The position numbers and the translations under genes are program-made. A stretch of DNA of 64,000 nucleotides, from positions 4,589-68,588 of the forward strand of contig CAIJMI010000004.1 in assembly GCA_903821745.1 (NCBI GenBank), read 5' to 3'. Below the pieces are notes generated by a model that did no database searches, was not told the DNA's origin, and worked only from the letters and a program-made list of their open reading frames with translations. The stretch's first letter is position 1; each line of letters begins with the position of its first letter. Origin of the DNA: Candidatus Gottesmanbacteria bacterium. GTDB taxonomy: Bacteria > Patescibacteriota > Microgenomatia > UBA10105 > UBA927. This document shows positions 1 through 13,373 of the stretch, in pieces.

Positions 1-3878
<3,878 letters not shown>

Positions 3879-3892
3879 CAGCGCTTCAAAAC

Positions 3893-5479
3893 TTATCCTT
3901 GATTGAGGCTATCCAAAAATTCCGCATTGGAATTGGTTTTGTTCAATCGTTCAATCATCATGGCTGTCTGCTCATCATCGCTAAGCAAAGAAATCATACG
4001 TCGAAGCGTTGTTACCCGCTTCATAGTTTCTTCTCCGAGCATAAGCTCATCATGACGCGTGCCGGATGCAGCAATATCAATTGCCGGGAACACTCTTCGT
4101 TCCTGGAGTTTTCGCGACAAATGCAGCTCCATGTTTCCTGTGCCTTTAAATTCTTCATAAATGAGGTCGTCCATTCTGCTTCCGGTATCAACGAGTGCAG
4201 TTCCAATAACGGTGAGTGATCCTTTTGTGGATTTACCGGATCCTTCATCCCCTTCAATACAGCGTGCTGCTCCTAAAAATTTCTTTGCAGGAAAGAGTGC
4301 TGCTGGATCAAATCCTCCAGATAGTGTCCGTCCTGATGGGTTAACGACCAAATTGTATGCACGGGCAAGACGCGTAATGGAATCAAGAAGTACGACCACG
4401 TCTTTCCCCATTTCCACCAAGCGTTTTGCGCGGTCCAGTGCAATTTCAGCAACTCTGGTTTGTGCTTGTGGTGATTCATCAAAATTGCTGGCCAAAACCT
4501 CACCTTTAATGCTTCTTGTCAAATCCGTTACTTCTTCCGGCCGTTCACCGATAAGTGCCGCCATCAAATGCACGTTTGGATAGTTTGCAGTCACGCCAGC
4601 TGCAATTTCCTTCAGGATTGTTGTTTTCCCAGCTTTCGGTGGAGAAACGATTAACCCTCGTTGTCCAAATCCAATGGGAGACAACAGATCCATCATGCGG
4701 GTGGATAATGGAAATTGTCCGGTTTCTAGTTTTAAAAATGTGTTGGGATAGATTGGGGTGAGATCATCAAACCGTGGACGGTTCACCATTTCTTCGGCAA
4801 CAACACCGTTAATTTTTTCAACCTTGAGAAGTCCCCAATACCGTTCATTTTCTTTTGGCTGTCGTGCTTGTCCTTCCACCTCATCCCCGTTTCGAAGTAA
4901 AAATCTCCGAATTTGGGACTGGGAAATATACACATCTTTGTCAGACGGGGTAAACTTCGGCCGCAAAAATCCGTGGCCTTCTGCGGTAAGGTCCAAAATG
5001 CCTTTAACAGTCTCTGTTGGAACATTAATGTCAGCAGTAAATCCTGCGCCATCCGGAGCAGGGACAAAATCCCGCTGCATCCGGCGAAATCCTCCCGCTT
5101 GGTATCCACCTTGTTGAGGATATCCTTGTTGCCCATATCCTTGTCCATATTCTCGACGCGGTCCACGTTCAAACCGTCCACCACCACGATTAAATGGCTG
5201 TCGATACCCTCCTTGTGGGGTAGATCGATATTGTGGTTGTGCGGGAGCACCTGGAGCCACTATAGGTGGTTCCGCAGAAACAATACTTTCAATTTTTTTC
5301 ATATCTTCGACAGGTGGTACCGAAGAAACAGGTGCTTCTTCTCGTGGTCCACCAATGAGATCATCAATCGAAAGGCCTTGTTTTGGAACGGCAACATCAG
5401 AAGCTGTGGTTATCACTGGTTCTTCTTTTTGTTTCTTTGCTGCTGGAGCAGATTTTTTTGTGGAGGCTTTAAAGGCCAT
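3893..5479 (-). CDS. rho: Transcription termination factor Rho with extended low-complexity N-terminal insertion
   Basis: 528 aa; Rho RNA-binding region (RFLLRNGDEVEGQ...), Walker A GQRGLIVSPPKAGKTTILKEIA, Rho C-terminal ATPase motifs; ATG at 5477-5479 (minus). Confidence 0.9.
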   Translation of the reverse strand: MAFKASTKKSAPAAKKQKEEPVITTASDVAVPKQGLSIDDLIGGPREEAPVSSVPPVEDMKKIESIVSAEPPIVAPGAPAQPQYRSTPQGGYRQPFNRGGGRFERGPRREYGQGYGQQGYPQQGGYQAGGFRRMQRDFVPAPDGAGFTADINVPTETVKGILDLTAEGHGFLRPKFTPSDKDVYISQSQIRRFLLRNGDEVEGQARQPKENERYWGLLKVEKINGVVAEEMVNRPRFDDLTPIYPNTFLKLETGQFPLSTRMMDLLSPIGFGQRGLIVSPPKAGKTTILKEIAAGVTANYPNVHLMAALIGERPEEVTDLTRSIKGEVLASNFDESPQAQTRVAEIALDRAKRLVEMGKDVVVLLDSITRLARAYNLVVNPSGRTLSGGFDPAALFPAKKFLGAARCIEGDEGSGKSTKGSLTVIGTALVDTGSRMDDLIYEEFKGTGNMELHLSRKLQERRVFPAIDIAASGTRHDELMLGEETMKRVTTLRRMISLLSDDEQTAMMIERLNKTNSNAEFLDSLNQG

Positions 5480-5711
5480 AAGTAATTATGTGTGTTGGGA
5501 AAGAAAAAAGGTGAAAACGAGAAGATAATCTTGCGTTTTGCTTTTTCTTCCCTCACAGGGAATAAAAAATTAATACATAATGGAATGAGATCGCTTTTGT
5601 TTGGAAATTCATGAAAAATATATACGCACTTCCTGAAGATAACGCTTATCACTTACGTACAGCTTATATTTAATCATACGGGATGCACAGCTGTCAAGGG
5701 CATTCTTGTCT

Positions 5712-7895
5712 TTATCGCTTCCCAACGTCCCAAACAATGGTTGTTCCCGTGGTAAATACGCGTGTTCCCACTGCGTCAAACACAGATTCCTGAATCGTCG
5801 GATATTTTTCCCGTTCCTGAGGACCAACAATAATATAGGTAATACCGTACTGGGCAATCAGATTCTCAAGTTCTTTCGTATCCTGAGCCTCATACAAACG
5901 GCGGACATCATCGCGCCTGGGTGAAACGGTGTCATACGTCCCCCGCCACAACCATTCATGTACTGCCCATCCAGTAATGGTTGGGATGCCAGAAAATGCA
6001 GAAATCTGATTATTATCCGTGTAGCTTTCTCCATCTGCTTCAACAAGAACGGGATTGGGATACTCAGCAACATGCTCTTTTAACCAGGAAATAACCTGCA
6101 AATTGTCTGGATATTCTTCCTGCATCCACTCCATACCCCAAATTCCATGATACGTGGCGAGCTCTCCAAAATAAGACCGAATAGAAAAAATGGGATAAAT
6201 AGATACAAGAAAAAGCTGTGGGACAAGAAGAATAAGAAAAACAGTCCGCAGAATATGCTGTTTCTTTCTCCATATCATATGGGTAATGACGTACCCTGCA
6301 ATGATCGACCACATGATAAATGCCTGATAGCCAAACTTAAACATGGTGTTACTCCGGAAGTGCGCTGGATAAATATCTTTGACGTACAAAAATTCCGGAA
6401 AGATAATAAGACCAATGCTAAAAAGAAAGAACACTTTTAGTATTCGAATGACCTCTTTGTCTTTTCCGTCTCCATTCCATACTTTTGAAACAAAAAGCCA
6501 TGCGCCAGTAAACCAGAAAAATCCCCACAACAACCACATCATCCATAACGGTGACTTTTGACACTTCTCTACTCCTTCAAAAAGAAATGGACCAATTTTT
6601 GATCCTACCAAAAATGCCGGCGGACAATTCACACCGATCCCGGTTGCAAACGAAGAAAAGAAAAACAGAAACGGCGTTGCGGTCAAAATTGCAAGGAGCA
6701 CAACGAGCCCGACTGGATAACAATACGTCCACCAATGATCCAAAAAATCTTTTTTCGGAAGAATGACAAAGACTACCCAACAGAGTGCAAAAATACCGCC
6801 GTAGATCGGCCCATCAAGTGCATTGGTCATCAAAAGAATACCTAACAGAAAACCATAAAATATCATCTTGTCCATGCGTTGTTGTATTATCTCCGATAAT
6901 TTCTGCTGCAAAAAAATGGAAAGCAACAATCCAATTGCCAATAGGACAAAAGGAAGTGAAAGGACGTGACCATGAACATCCGATACCACAAAGGAATAGC
7001 TCGGAAATTCATGAATGGAAAACGGAATAAACCGAGTAGCATTTGCGTACCAATAGGTCCGCATACCGATGCCTATCTGTTGAAAAAATGTCCCTATTGG
7101 CCACAACAAGCGCCAAAACGGCAACACATCTTCGCCGGTATATCCTTTTGTGAATGCATAAATCGTCTGCATATTTCCTGCCAGAGTTACCAAGAATGCG
7201 GTAAGCATCGCTCCAAACAGGTTTCCCAGAGGTCTTCTATTTTTCTGTCCAATCCCTAGTAATTGAAACCCAATGCTAAACGACATCGTTGCGGTGAATG
7301 TAAAAATCGTTGCTAACATCAGGTTAAAGGTGTAATCGAGGGTTAATCCGGAAAGTTTCGTTACCAGCGCAGTCACAAGATGTCCAAAATAATAATAGTT
7401 AATGGATCCCCCAGCCCACCACATATCACGCGCGGGAAAATATTGGGTGTTTAAAATAGATTGCATGAACCCATAATCCATAAATTTTTCCAAACCCCGG
7501 ATCGATGGTTCATGCGCTTTGACAAAACTCCACAACAAAAGCAGGAGAGAGAAAATCAACTCTTCCAGACTAAATAGCAGGATATATTTTTCATAGGACG
7601 CTTTGAGTTTTTGAATACGTACTTTTACAGAATCCTTTTGGGTAATACCAATACCAAATAAAAACACGATTGCTGTTGCCCCATAAATGGTTAGTTGATG
7701 AAATGGAGCGATATGCAAAGTACCTACTAGATAAACAAGATAAGAAATAACAGCAAATCCAACAGCCTTGCTAAATAGATACCCACGGTCATACCACTGG
7801 GGAAACAGGCGTTTGGTTAATGGAAACGCGGCGGCACCAATAAGAAATAAAGAACTCCACCATTGCAAGACAATAAATACATCACTCATTGGCAT
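5712..7895 (-). CDS. Large polytopic membrane protein, putative glycosyltransferase (GT39/DUF2298-like) with C-terminal soluble domain
   Basis: 727 aa; >12 predicted TM segments over the first ~500 aa followed by a hydrophilic C-terminal domain; architecture typical of lipid-linked sugar transferases (PMT/ArnT/AglB-like). Assigned by architecture only. Confidence 0.5.
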   Translation of the reverse strand: MPMSDVFIVLQWWSSLFLIGAAAFPLTKRLFPQWYDRGYLFSKAVGFAVISYLVYLVGTLHIAPFHQLTIYGATAIVFLFGIGITQKDSVKVRIQKLKASYEKYILLFSLEELIFSLLLLLWSFVKAHEPSIRGLEKFMDYGFMQSILNTQYFPARDMWWAGGSINYYYFGHLVTALVTKLSGLTLDYTFNLMLATIFTFTATMSFSIGFQLLGIGQKNRRPLGNLFGAMLTAFLVTLAGNMQTIYAFTKGYTGEDVLPFWRLLWPIGTFFQQIGIGMRTYWYANATRFIPFSIHEFPSYSFVVSDVHGHVLSLPFVLLAIGLLLSIFLQQKLSEIIQQRMDKMIFYGFLLGILLMTNALDGPIYGGIFALCWVVFVILPKKDFLDHWWTYCYPVGLVVLLAILTATPFLFFFSSFATGIGVNCPPAFLVGSKIGPFLFEGVEKCQKSPLWMMWLLWGFFWFTGAWLFVSKVWNGDGKDKEVIRILKVFFLFSIGLIIFPEFLYVKDIYPAHFRSNTMFKFGYQAFIMWSIIAGYVITHMIWRKKQHILRTVFLILLVPQLFLVSIYPIFSIRSYFGELATYHGIWGMEWMQEEYPDNLQVISWLKEHVAEYPNPVLVEADGESYTDNNQISAFSGIPTITGWAVHEWLWRGTYDTVSPRRDDVRRLYEAQDTKELENLIAQYGITYIIVGPQEREKYPTIQESVFDAVGTRVFTTGTTIVWDVGKR

Positions 7896-7918
7896 GGTAC
7901 CAATGATACAATCAAATT

Positions 7919-9553
7919 ATGAAAAAAGAAACCGTCTTTTGGATCCTTCTTTGCTTCTTTTCGTTTCTCTTTTCCGTGTGGCTCATGGTGCATACCTTTT
8001 CATATAACACCACCACAGGATCCATGCTTATTGCCAGTAAAGCATGGAGTGATTTTGGTGCGCATATTCCGCTGATACGGTCATTTTCTCTTGGCAACAA
8101 TTGGCCCCCGGAATATCCATTGTTTCCGGGTGCTCCAATCCGCTATCACTTTTTATTTTATTTTCTTGTCGGCATGCTTGAAAAAGCAGGAATCCGCATT
8201 GATTGGGCACTGAATATTCCCAGTATCATCGGTTTTGCTGGGCTTTGTATTGGTATTGCACTGATCGCACAAAAACTATTTCGTGACAAGCGGATTACCG
8301 TGCTTTCTATCCTCTTTTTCCTTTTTAATGGTTCATTTTCTTGGATGCGATTCTTTGCTGCACACACGCCTTCTTGGCATTCCCTACGCGATATCGTAAA
8401 AAACACGACTTTCCCCTCCTTCGCACCTTGGGGGGAAGGAGATATTAGTGCATTTTGGAATTTAAATATTTATACCAATCAGCGGCATTTAGGTGCAGCA
8501 TTTGCTTTTGCACTCCTGTTTATCGGTATCCTACTTTGGATTGAAAAAAAACCGTGGAAACAACAAGTTCTGTATATTTTTCCTGAAGCTGCAATTCTTA
8601 TTCTTCTTCCCTACTTTCATCAACCAATCCTAATCATCCTTGCATTATTTATGATCTGTTATTTTCTGCTATTTCCAAAACTTCGAGGACCATTACTACT
8701 CATTGGTGGCATTGACATTCTCTATATTATTCCACAAATTCTTCCGCTTATGGCCGGTCCAAAAACGGTTCATTGGGAACCGGGATATCTTCTCTCCCCA
8801 CCGTTTACGCCACTACGCGTCATGTGGTATTGGATACAAAACATCGGTCTGCACTTTTTTCTTATTCCGGTAGGATGGCTTCTTGCACCAAAACACGTAA
8901 AAAAAATAATGAGTCCTCTCCTCTTGTTATTTTTGATTCCTAATCTGTTTCAATTTTCCATTGAAATGGCGGCAAATCATAAATTTTTTAACTTCTATCT
9001 CATCATCGGCAACATGCTTTCTGCATACACACTCATATTGCTCTGGACACAGAAGTGGAAAGAAAAATTGCTTGGATGTATGACAAAAATTCTCGTTCTC
9101 GTTTGTGGTGTTTTTCTGGTTCTTTCAGGAATTATTGATTTCTTCCCTATCGCAAATGATCCGTATATGGAACTCGTTGATATACCAAACAATGAAGTTG
9201 CGACCTGGATACGAGATCACACACCACCTGATGCAGTCATCCTGAACTCCAGTTACTTCTTCCATCCAGCAAGTATCGCCGGAAGAAAAATACTCCTCGG
9301 GTGGCCATATTTCCCATGGAGTGCAGGATATAACACAAATACCCGCTCTAAAGATATGGCAACGTTATATGAAACAAAAGAGACATCACTCTTTTGCAGG
9401 CTCATACAAAAATACCATATTTCTTATATAACCTATCAAACACCTGCTGACATCTCAGATATTCAATTTTCAATGGAAAATCTTGCATCCCATACAACAC
9501 GTATCTACAACGATATGGCATATAGCATTTGGATACCATTATGCGAACAATGA
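7919..9553 (+). CDS. Polytopic membrane protein, putative glycosyltransferase family 39/83-like (ArnT/PMT-like)
   Basis: 544 aa, ~11 TM segments plus C-terminal periplasmic-type domain; divergent from upstream gene with only 23 bp between start codons. Confidence 0.45.
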   Translation: MKKETVFWILLCFFSFLFSVWLMVHTFSYNTTTGSMLIASKAWSDFGAHIPLIRSFSLGNNWPPEYPLFPGAPIRYHFLFYFLVGMLEKAGIRIDWALNIPSIIGFAGLCIGIALIAQKLFRDKRITVLSILFFLFNGSFSWMRFFAAHTPSWHSLRDIVKNTTFPSFAPWGEGDISAFWNLNIYTNQRHLGAAFAFALLFIGILLWIEKKPWKQQVLYIFPEAAILILLPYFHQPILIILALFMICYFLLFPKLRGPLLLIGGIDILYIIPQILPLMAGPKTVHWEPGYLLSPPFTPLRVMWYWIQNIGLHFFLIPVGWLLAPKHVKKIMSPLLLLFLIPNLFQFSIEMAANHKFFNFYLIIGNMLSAYTLILLWTQKWKEKLLGCMTKILVLVCGVFLVLSGIIDFFPIANDPYMELVDIPNNEVATWIRDHTPPDAVILNSSYFFHPASIAGRKILLGWPYFPWSAGYNTNTRSKDMATLYETKETSLFCRLIQKYHISYITYQTPADISDIQFSMENLASHTTRIYNDMAYSIWIPLCEQ

Positions 9554-9628
9554 AACGATACTTTCCGCATATTCTACTTTTCTACTTTGTTACAACCAGA
9601 ATAGAATAAATTTGATATACTCACCCAT

Positions 9629-10876
9629 ATGCGTATCGCAATTATCGGCGGAGGCATCACAGGACTTACTGCAGCGTATGAACTCACTAAACGAGGTGAG
9701 AAGGTCACCATATTTGAGAAGGATGAAATCCTTGGAGGACTGGCAAACGGATTTTCTGGCGCATCCTGGGACTGGAGACTGGAAAAAACCTATCATCATT
9801 TTTTTACCAATGACAATGCACTTATCACACTTGCAAAAGAATTAGGATTAAAACAGGATCTCATGATTCTCTCCCCGACTACTTCGATCTATTGGAAAAA
9901 CAATCAATATCCGTTTGATACCCCAATTAATATTTTAAAATTTCCAGGACTGCCGTTTGTTGACCGTGTCAGAACTGGAGCAACGGCGGCCATTATGAAA
10001 CTCAATCCGTTTTGGCAGCCGCTCGAACACATAACAGCAAAAAAATTCTTCCAGGCGCTCAATGGAAAACATGCATGGAATGTCATTTGGGCACCGCTTT
10101 TAGATGCAAAATTTGGTCCCTATGCAGATGAGGTTACCGCATCTTGGCTCTGGGCACGACTGTACAAACGCACATCCCGTCTTGGGTATTTCCGCGGTGG
10201 ATTTTCCCATTTTGTCGACACACTGGCTGCGGCAATTAGAAAAAATGGCGGAGTGATCAAAACAAAAACGACCATTACAGCAATAGACCGAAAAAAATAC
10301 GATGCGATTCTGCTCACGGTTCCGTCATCTGTTGCAACAAAGCTCATATCATTTCCAAATGCATATGAAGAGCAACTACGCTCTATCCCCCATTTATGGG
10401 CACAAACGCTCATTTTGGAAACCACAAAACCAATTCTTGAAAAAACCTATTGGCTCAACGTCAACGACAAATCATTTCCGTTCTTAGCAGTCGTTAGCCA
10501 CACCAATATGATTAACAAAAAACACTATGGAGACCGTCACATCACGTATATTGGCAACTATTTACCGGACTGTCATGCAAATATTTCAAAATCAAAAGAA
10601 GAACTGCTAGCACTCTTTCTGCCGTATATAAAAACAATTGCACCAACATTCGATGCAAAAGATATTTCCACTCTGTTTTTATTTACCGTTCCCAATGCGC
10701 AGCCCGTTCATACAAAGAATTATTCAAAACGGGCGCCACAAATCCAAACGCCAATTAAAAATGTATACATCGCAAATTTAGATGCTATTTATCCCTGGGA
10801 CCGCGGAACAAATTATGCGGTTGATTTAGGAATGCGTGCAGCAAAAACAATTCATGCAAAAACGAAATCGTTATAG
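9629..10876 (+). CDS. FAD/NAD(P)-binding oxidoreductase, amine-oxidase / protoporphyrinogen-oxidase-like family
   Basis: N-terminal Rossmann dinucleotide motif MRIAIIGGGITGLTAAYEL...VTIFEKDEILGGL (GxGxxG + EK + GG); 415 aa. Confidence 0.7.
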   Translation: MRIAIIGGGITGLTAAYELTKRGEKVTIFEKDEILGGLANGFSGASWDWRLEKTYHHFFTNDNALITLAKELGLKQDLMILSPTTSIYWKNNQYPFDTPINILKFPGLPFVDRVRTGATAAIMKLNPFWQPLEHITAKKFFQALNGKHAWNVIWAPLLDAKFGPYADEVTASWLWARLYKRTSRLGYFRGGFSHFVDTLAAAIRKNGGVIKTKTTITAIDRKKYDAILLTVPSSVATKLISFPNAYEEQLRSIPHLWAQTLILETTKPILEKTYWLNVNDKSFPFLAVVSHTNMINKKHYGDRHITYIGNYLPDCHANISKSKEELLALFLPYIKTIAPTFDAKDISTLFLFTVPNAQPVHTKNYSKRAPQIQTPIKNVYIANLDAIYPWDRGTNYAVDLGMRAAKTIHAKTKSL

Positions 10877-10888
10877 GGCATCTTCTAA

Positions 10889-10917
10889 TTGACAACTCGT
10901 TGTTACCGCGCTACAAT
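10889..10917 (+). promoter_or_regulatory. Consensus sigma70-type promoter: TTGACA-17 nt-TACAAT
   Basis: ttgaca (10889-10894), 17-nt spacer, tacaat (10912-10917); perfect match to both hexamers; followed ~65 nt downstream by a 12-bp-stem hairpin (10984-11017). Confidence 0.5.
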
Positions 10918-11136
10918 CTGCAAACTATAAGATTTTTCTCAAAAAAATCTTTTTTTACAAAAAAAGTCGAGGTGCTTTATACGGGGAATAGTTTGTTGGG
11001 CAGGCAAACTATTTCCCATAGAGGGTATCTCGATTTTTTTATTGCGTGAAATTCATCATGAAAATTTAGCAGCACAACAATCCGCGTGAAATAATCTAGC
11101 TTCAAAAAAAAATTTGACAAGAATTAGGATGATTCG

Positions 11137-11280
11137 TTATTCTGCGGTATAAGATATTGCTTTACCGCAATATCCAAAAGAAAAAGCATTACTATTCGTA
11201 GCACAATCATCTTGCAAAAGGTGACCCAAACCCAAATCTGCTAGCGGTAGTGATGCTTTTTTAATGCTTTCTTTTTCCAT
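11137..11280 (-). CDS. Small predicted peptide (47 aa) MEKESIKKASLPLADLGLGHLLQDDCATNSNAFSFGYCGKAISYTAE
   Basis: Strong Shine-Dalgarno GGAGGAG (rc of 11281-11290) 6 nt upstream of ATG; below the ORF-track 60-aa cutoff; shares an S[IV]K..L..GLG N-terminal motif and a repeated DNA motif with neighbouring ORF 11372..11554. Confidence 0.3.
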   Translation of the reverse strand: MEKESIKKASLPLADLGLGHLLQDDCATNSNAFSFGYCGKAISYTAE

Positions 11281-11310
11281 TCTCCTCCTCTTCTCTGAAG
11301 AATTCCTGAA

Positions 11311-11346
11311 AAACAAAAAGACATCCCTTTCAGGATGTCTTTTCCC
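11311..11346. terminator. Bidirectional intrinsic-terminator-like hairpin
   Basis: Perfect inverted repeat aaaagacatcc-ctttca-ggatgtctttt flanked by an A-run upstream and a T-run downstream, so a U-tract follows the stem on either strand. Confidence 0.5.
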
Positions 11347-11371
11347 CCAAATCTGCTAGTAATACTTGTTA

Positions 11372-11554
11372 TTATAACGTAAAAACAGGAATACTGAGTC
11401 CTTTTTTCTTGAGCTCCATAAATTGTCGCCGCACTTCCTGTTCGAATGACTGGCGCTCTTTTACCATAGGAGACACTCGAGCTTTCGAAGCTTCTCCGCT
11501 ACTTCCCAAACCCATCTGCTTAAGCAGTAGTTTTACTGACATAATCTTATTCAA
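11372..11554 (-). CDS. Small hypothetical protein (60 aa), possible paralogue of the 47-aa peptide
   Basis: ORF-track ORF; N-terminus MSVKLLLKQMGLGSSGEAS resembles the SIKKASLPLADLGLG of the neighbouring peptide; no clear RBS. Confidence 0.3.
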   Translation of the reverse strand: MNKIMSVKLLLKQMGLGSSGEASKARVSPMVKERQSFEQEVRRQFMELKKKGLSIPVFTL

Positions 11555-11693
11555 AACCTTTTTTCATCCCTTGTCAAGTCCCATAGGAAAATATCTTGCA
11601 AAAAACCATAGTCTTATAGTTATTTTAACTATAAAAAGCACGTTGTTACGCGCTATACTATTTTCATACATTCTTTGTGGATAACTTGTGCGA

Positions 11694-12485
11694 TTACTTC
11701 AATCGCGCGAAGAACAACTGTCCTGCCGGAGTTTGGTGGACTTTGGTAATAACAACGACCACATCCTGCCCTACCCTATCTTTTGTATCTTCAACCACAA
11801 CCATGGTTCCATCAGGCAAATACCCAACCCCTTGTTGCCGTTCTTTTCCTTCATGGGTGATTTTAACCGTTACCTCTTCTCCACTCATCAACGCAACTTT
11901 CAAGGCCTGTGCCAAATCGTTCACATTTAAAATTTTTATCCCCTGTGCCCGGGCAACTTGCGCCAGATTAAAATCGACCGTTAATAGCCGAGTTTTCCAA
12001 GCCCGCGCAAAATAGACGAGTTTGAGATCCACTTCCTTAATAGTTGGCTGGTCATCAGAAACGATCTTTACCTTTACCCCGGGATTCACCCGTTGGGTTT
12101 TGAGGGCATTGACAACATCCAGTCCCCGCCTCCCTTTCGAACGTCTGATCATATCGACACTATCTGCAATATGTTGAATTTCACCAAGAACAAATTGCGG
12201 GATAATAAGCGTGGCTGCCAAAAATCCACTGTTAACAATTGGCAAAATCCGACCGTCAATAAGGACACTCGTATCAACCAAAATGGGATATTCTCCACCC
12301 GGCGCAACCGGTTTCTTCTTCATAACCCCCGGACGACGTTGAAACGGACGAGCAGTAAGTTTTCCAAATGCCGTCAGATTACGAACGATTTCCTGAGCAA
12401 GCTCTTTAGTAAATGCTGATGTTGCTGGAGGAAGCTTTGACTTCTTGGCTGGTGGAATAAGTTCTTTTTTCATACCACCCAACAT
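11694..12485 (-). CDS. PIN domain + TRAM domain protein (YacL-like ribonuclease)
   Basis: N-terminal PIN (ILVDTSVLIDGRI...), C-terminal TRAM-type OB fold (EEVTVKITHEGKERQQGVGYLPDGTMVVVED...VVVVITKV). Adjacency to radA mirrors the radA-yacL synteny of Firmicutes. Alternative start at Met5 (12473). Confidence 0.8.
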   Translation of the reverse strand: MLGGMKKELIPPAKKSKLPPATSAFTKELAQEIVRNLTAFGKLTARPFQRRPGVMKKKPVAPGGEYPILVDTSVLIDGRILPIVNSGFLAATLIIPQFVLGEIQHIADSVDMIRRSKGRRGLDVVNALKTQRVNPGVKVKIVSDDQPTIKEVDLKLVYFARAWKTRLLTVDFNLAQVARAQGIKILNVNDLAQALKVALMSGEEVTVKITHEGKERQQGVGYLPDGTMVVVEDTKDRVGQDVVVVITKVHQTPAGQLFFARLK

Positions 12486-12561
12486 TGTACCACAGAAAAA
12501 ATTAAAAACTGCTGAACAATAGATGTATACAAGATGTATTCATAGTTGCATTTAAAAAAAT

Positions 12562-13368
12562 TTGTATTATACTTTCCTTTACATGACACCAATAGCAGAA
12601 AGAGAATCAGCGCCAAGATTTGAACGACTCGGATATATTGAAAAGTCTTCTCCATATATCAATCCTCTTCTTCGAAATAACGATAATATTCTTATCTTTC
12701 CAGAAAAATTCGGTGACATAATTAACCAAGCAGATAGATTTGAAGAGGTAACACTGCTTGATCAAATGAACCGACAGACTGATGTAACAGGATTTGTTTC
12801 CGAATTTGTCGGTCGCTGTACCACCCCGGAAGAGGTGCAGGCAGAACTTGACGCGATAGCGGATCGCGTACTACACCACCTTGCAAACGAGCCGAAAAAA
12901 CTGCAAAACAATGTCACAAAAACATTGACAACAACAAGTTTTTGTACGCTTGATGCCCTCAAATGGCTTGATATACAACATGGTGAGCTCGTGAAAGAAC
13001 TAAAAGCCATCAGAGCACCAGAGGCAGAACAATTTCGTCAACGAAATATTGAGGCAATACGAAAAACAAATAACACCACAATCATATATGTTCCAACATA
13101 TTGGTCTGGAGACCGCCATCTCACGGAAGTAACACGATATATTCACATCCCCCAACTACCGAAAGAGAACCAACAGATATTAAATCAATTGACCCCGATA
13201 TTCTTTAATAGAAACCAAGGATTTCTGGAAAAGAATCCAACACTCAATATTAAATTCATTCGAGAATTTAGAAAATCAGGCGATGCATTAACACGCATCC
13301 TCGCACAAAACTTAGAGGAAAGTGCGCAATTGGAAGCATATAGAAATTACGTAGAAAATCAGCCGTAA
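12562..13368 (+). CDS. Hypothetical protein
   Basis: 268-aa ORF with no motifs I recognise; sits on the opposite strand between the PIN/TRAM gene and radA. Confidence 0.45.
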   Translation: MYYTFLYMTPIAERESAPRFERLGYIEKSSPYINPLLRNNDNILIFPEKFGDIINQADRFEEVTLLDQMNRQTDVTGFVSEFVGRCTTPEEVQAELDAIADRVLHHLANEPKKLQNNVTKTLTTTSFCTLDALKWLDIQHGELVKELKAIRAPEAEQFRQRNIEAIRKTNNTTIIYVPTYWSGDRHLTEVTRYIHIPQLPKENQQILNQLTPIFFNRNQGFLEKNPTLNIKFIREFRKSGDALTRILAQNLEESAQLEAYRNYVENQP

Positions 13369-13373
13369 TTATA

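Noticed and set aside
11676-11684. Perfect DnaA-box-like nonamer TGTGGATAA
   Set aside because: Single isolated copy with no cluster and no AT-rich DNA-unwinding element beside dnaA; insufficient to call an origin.
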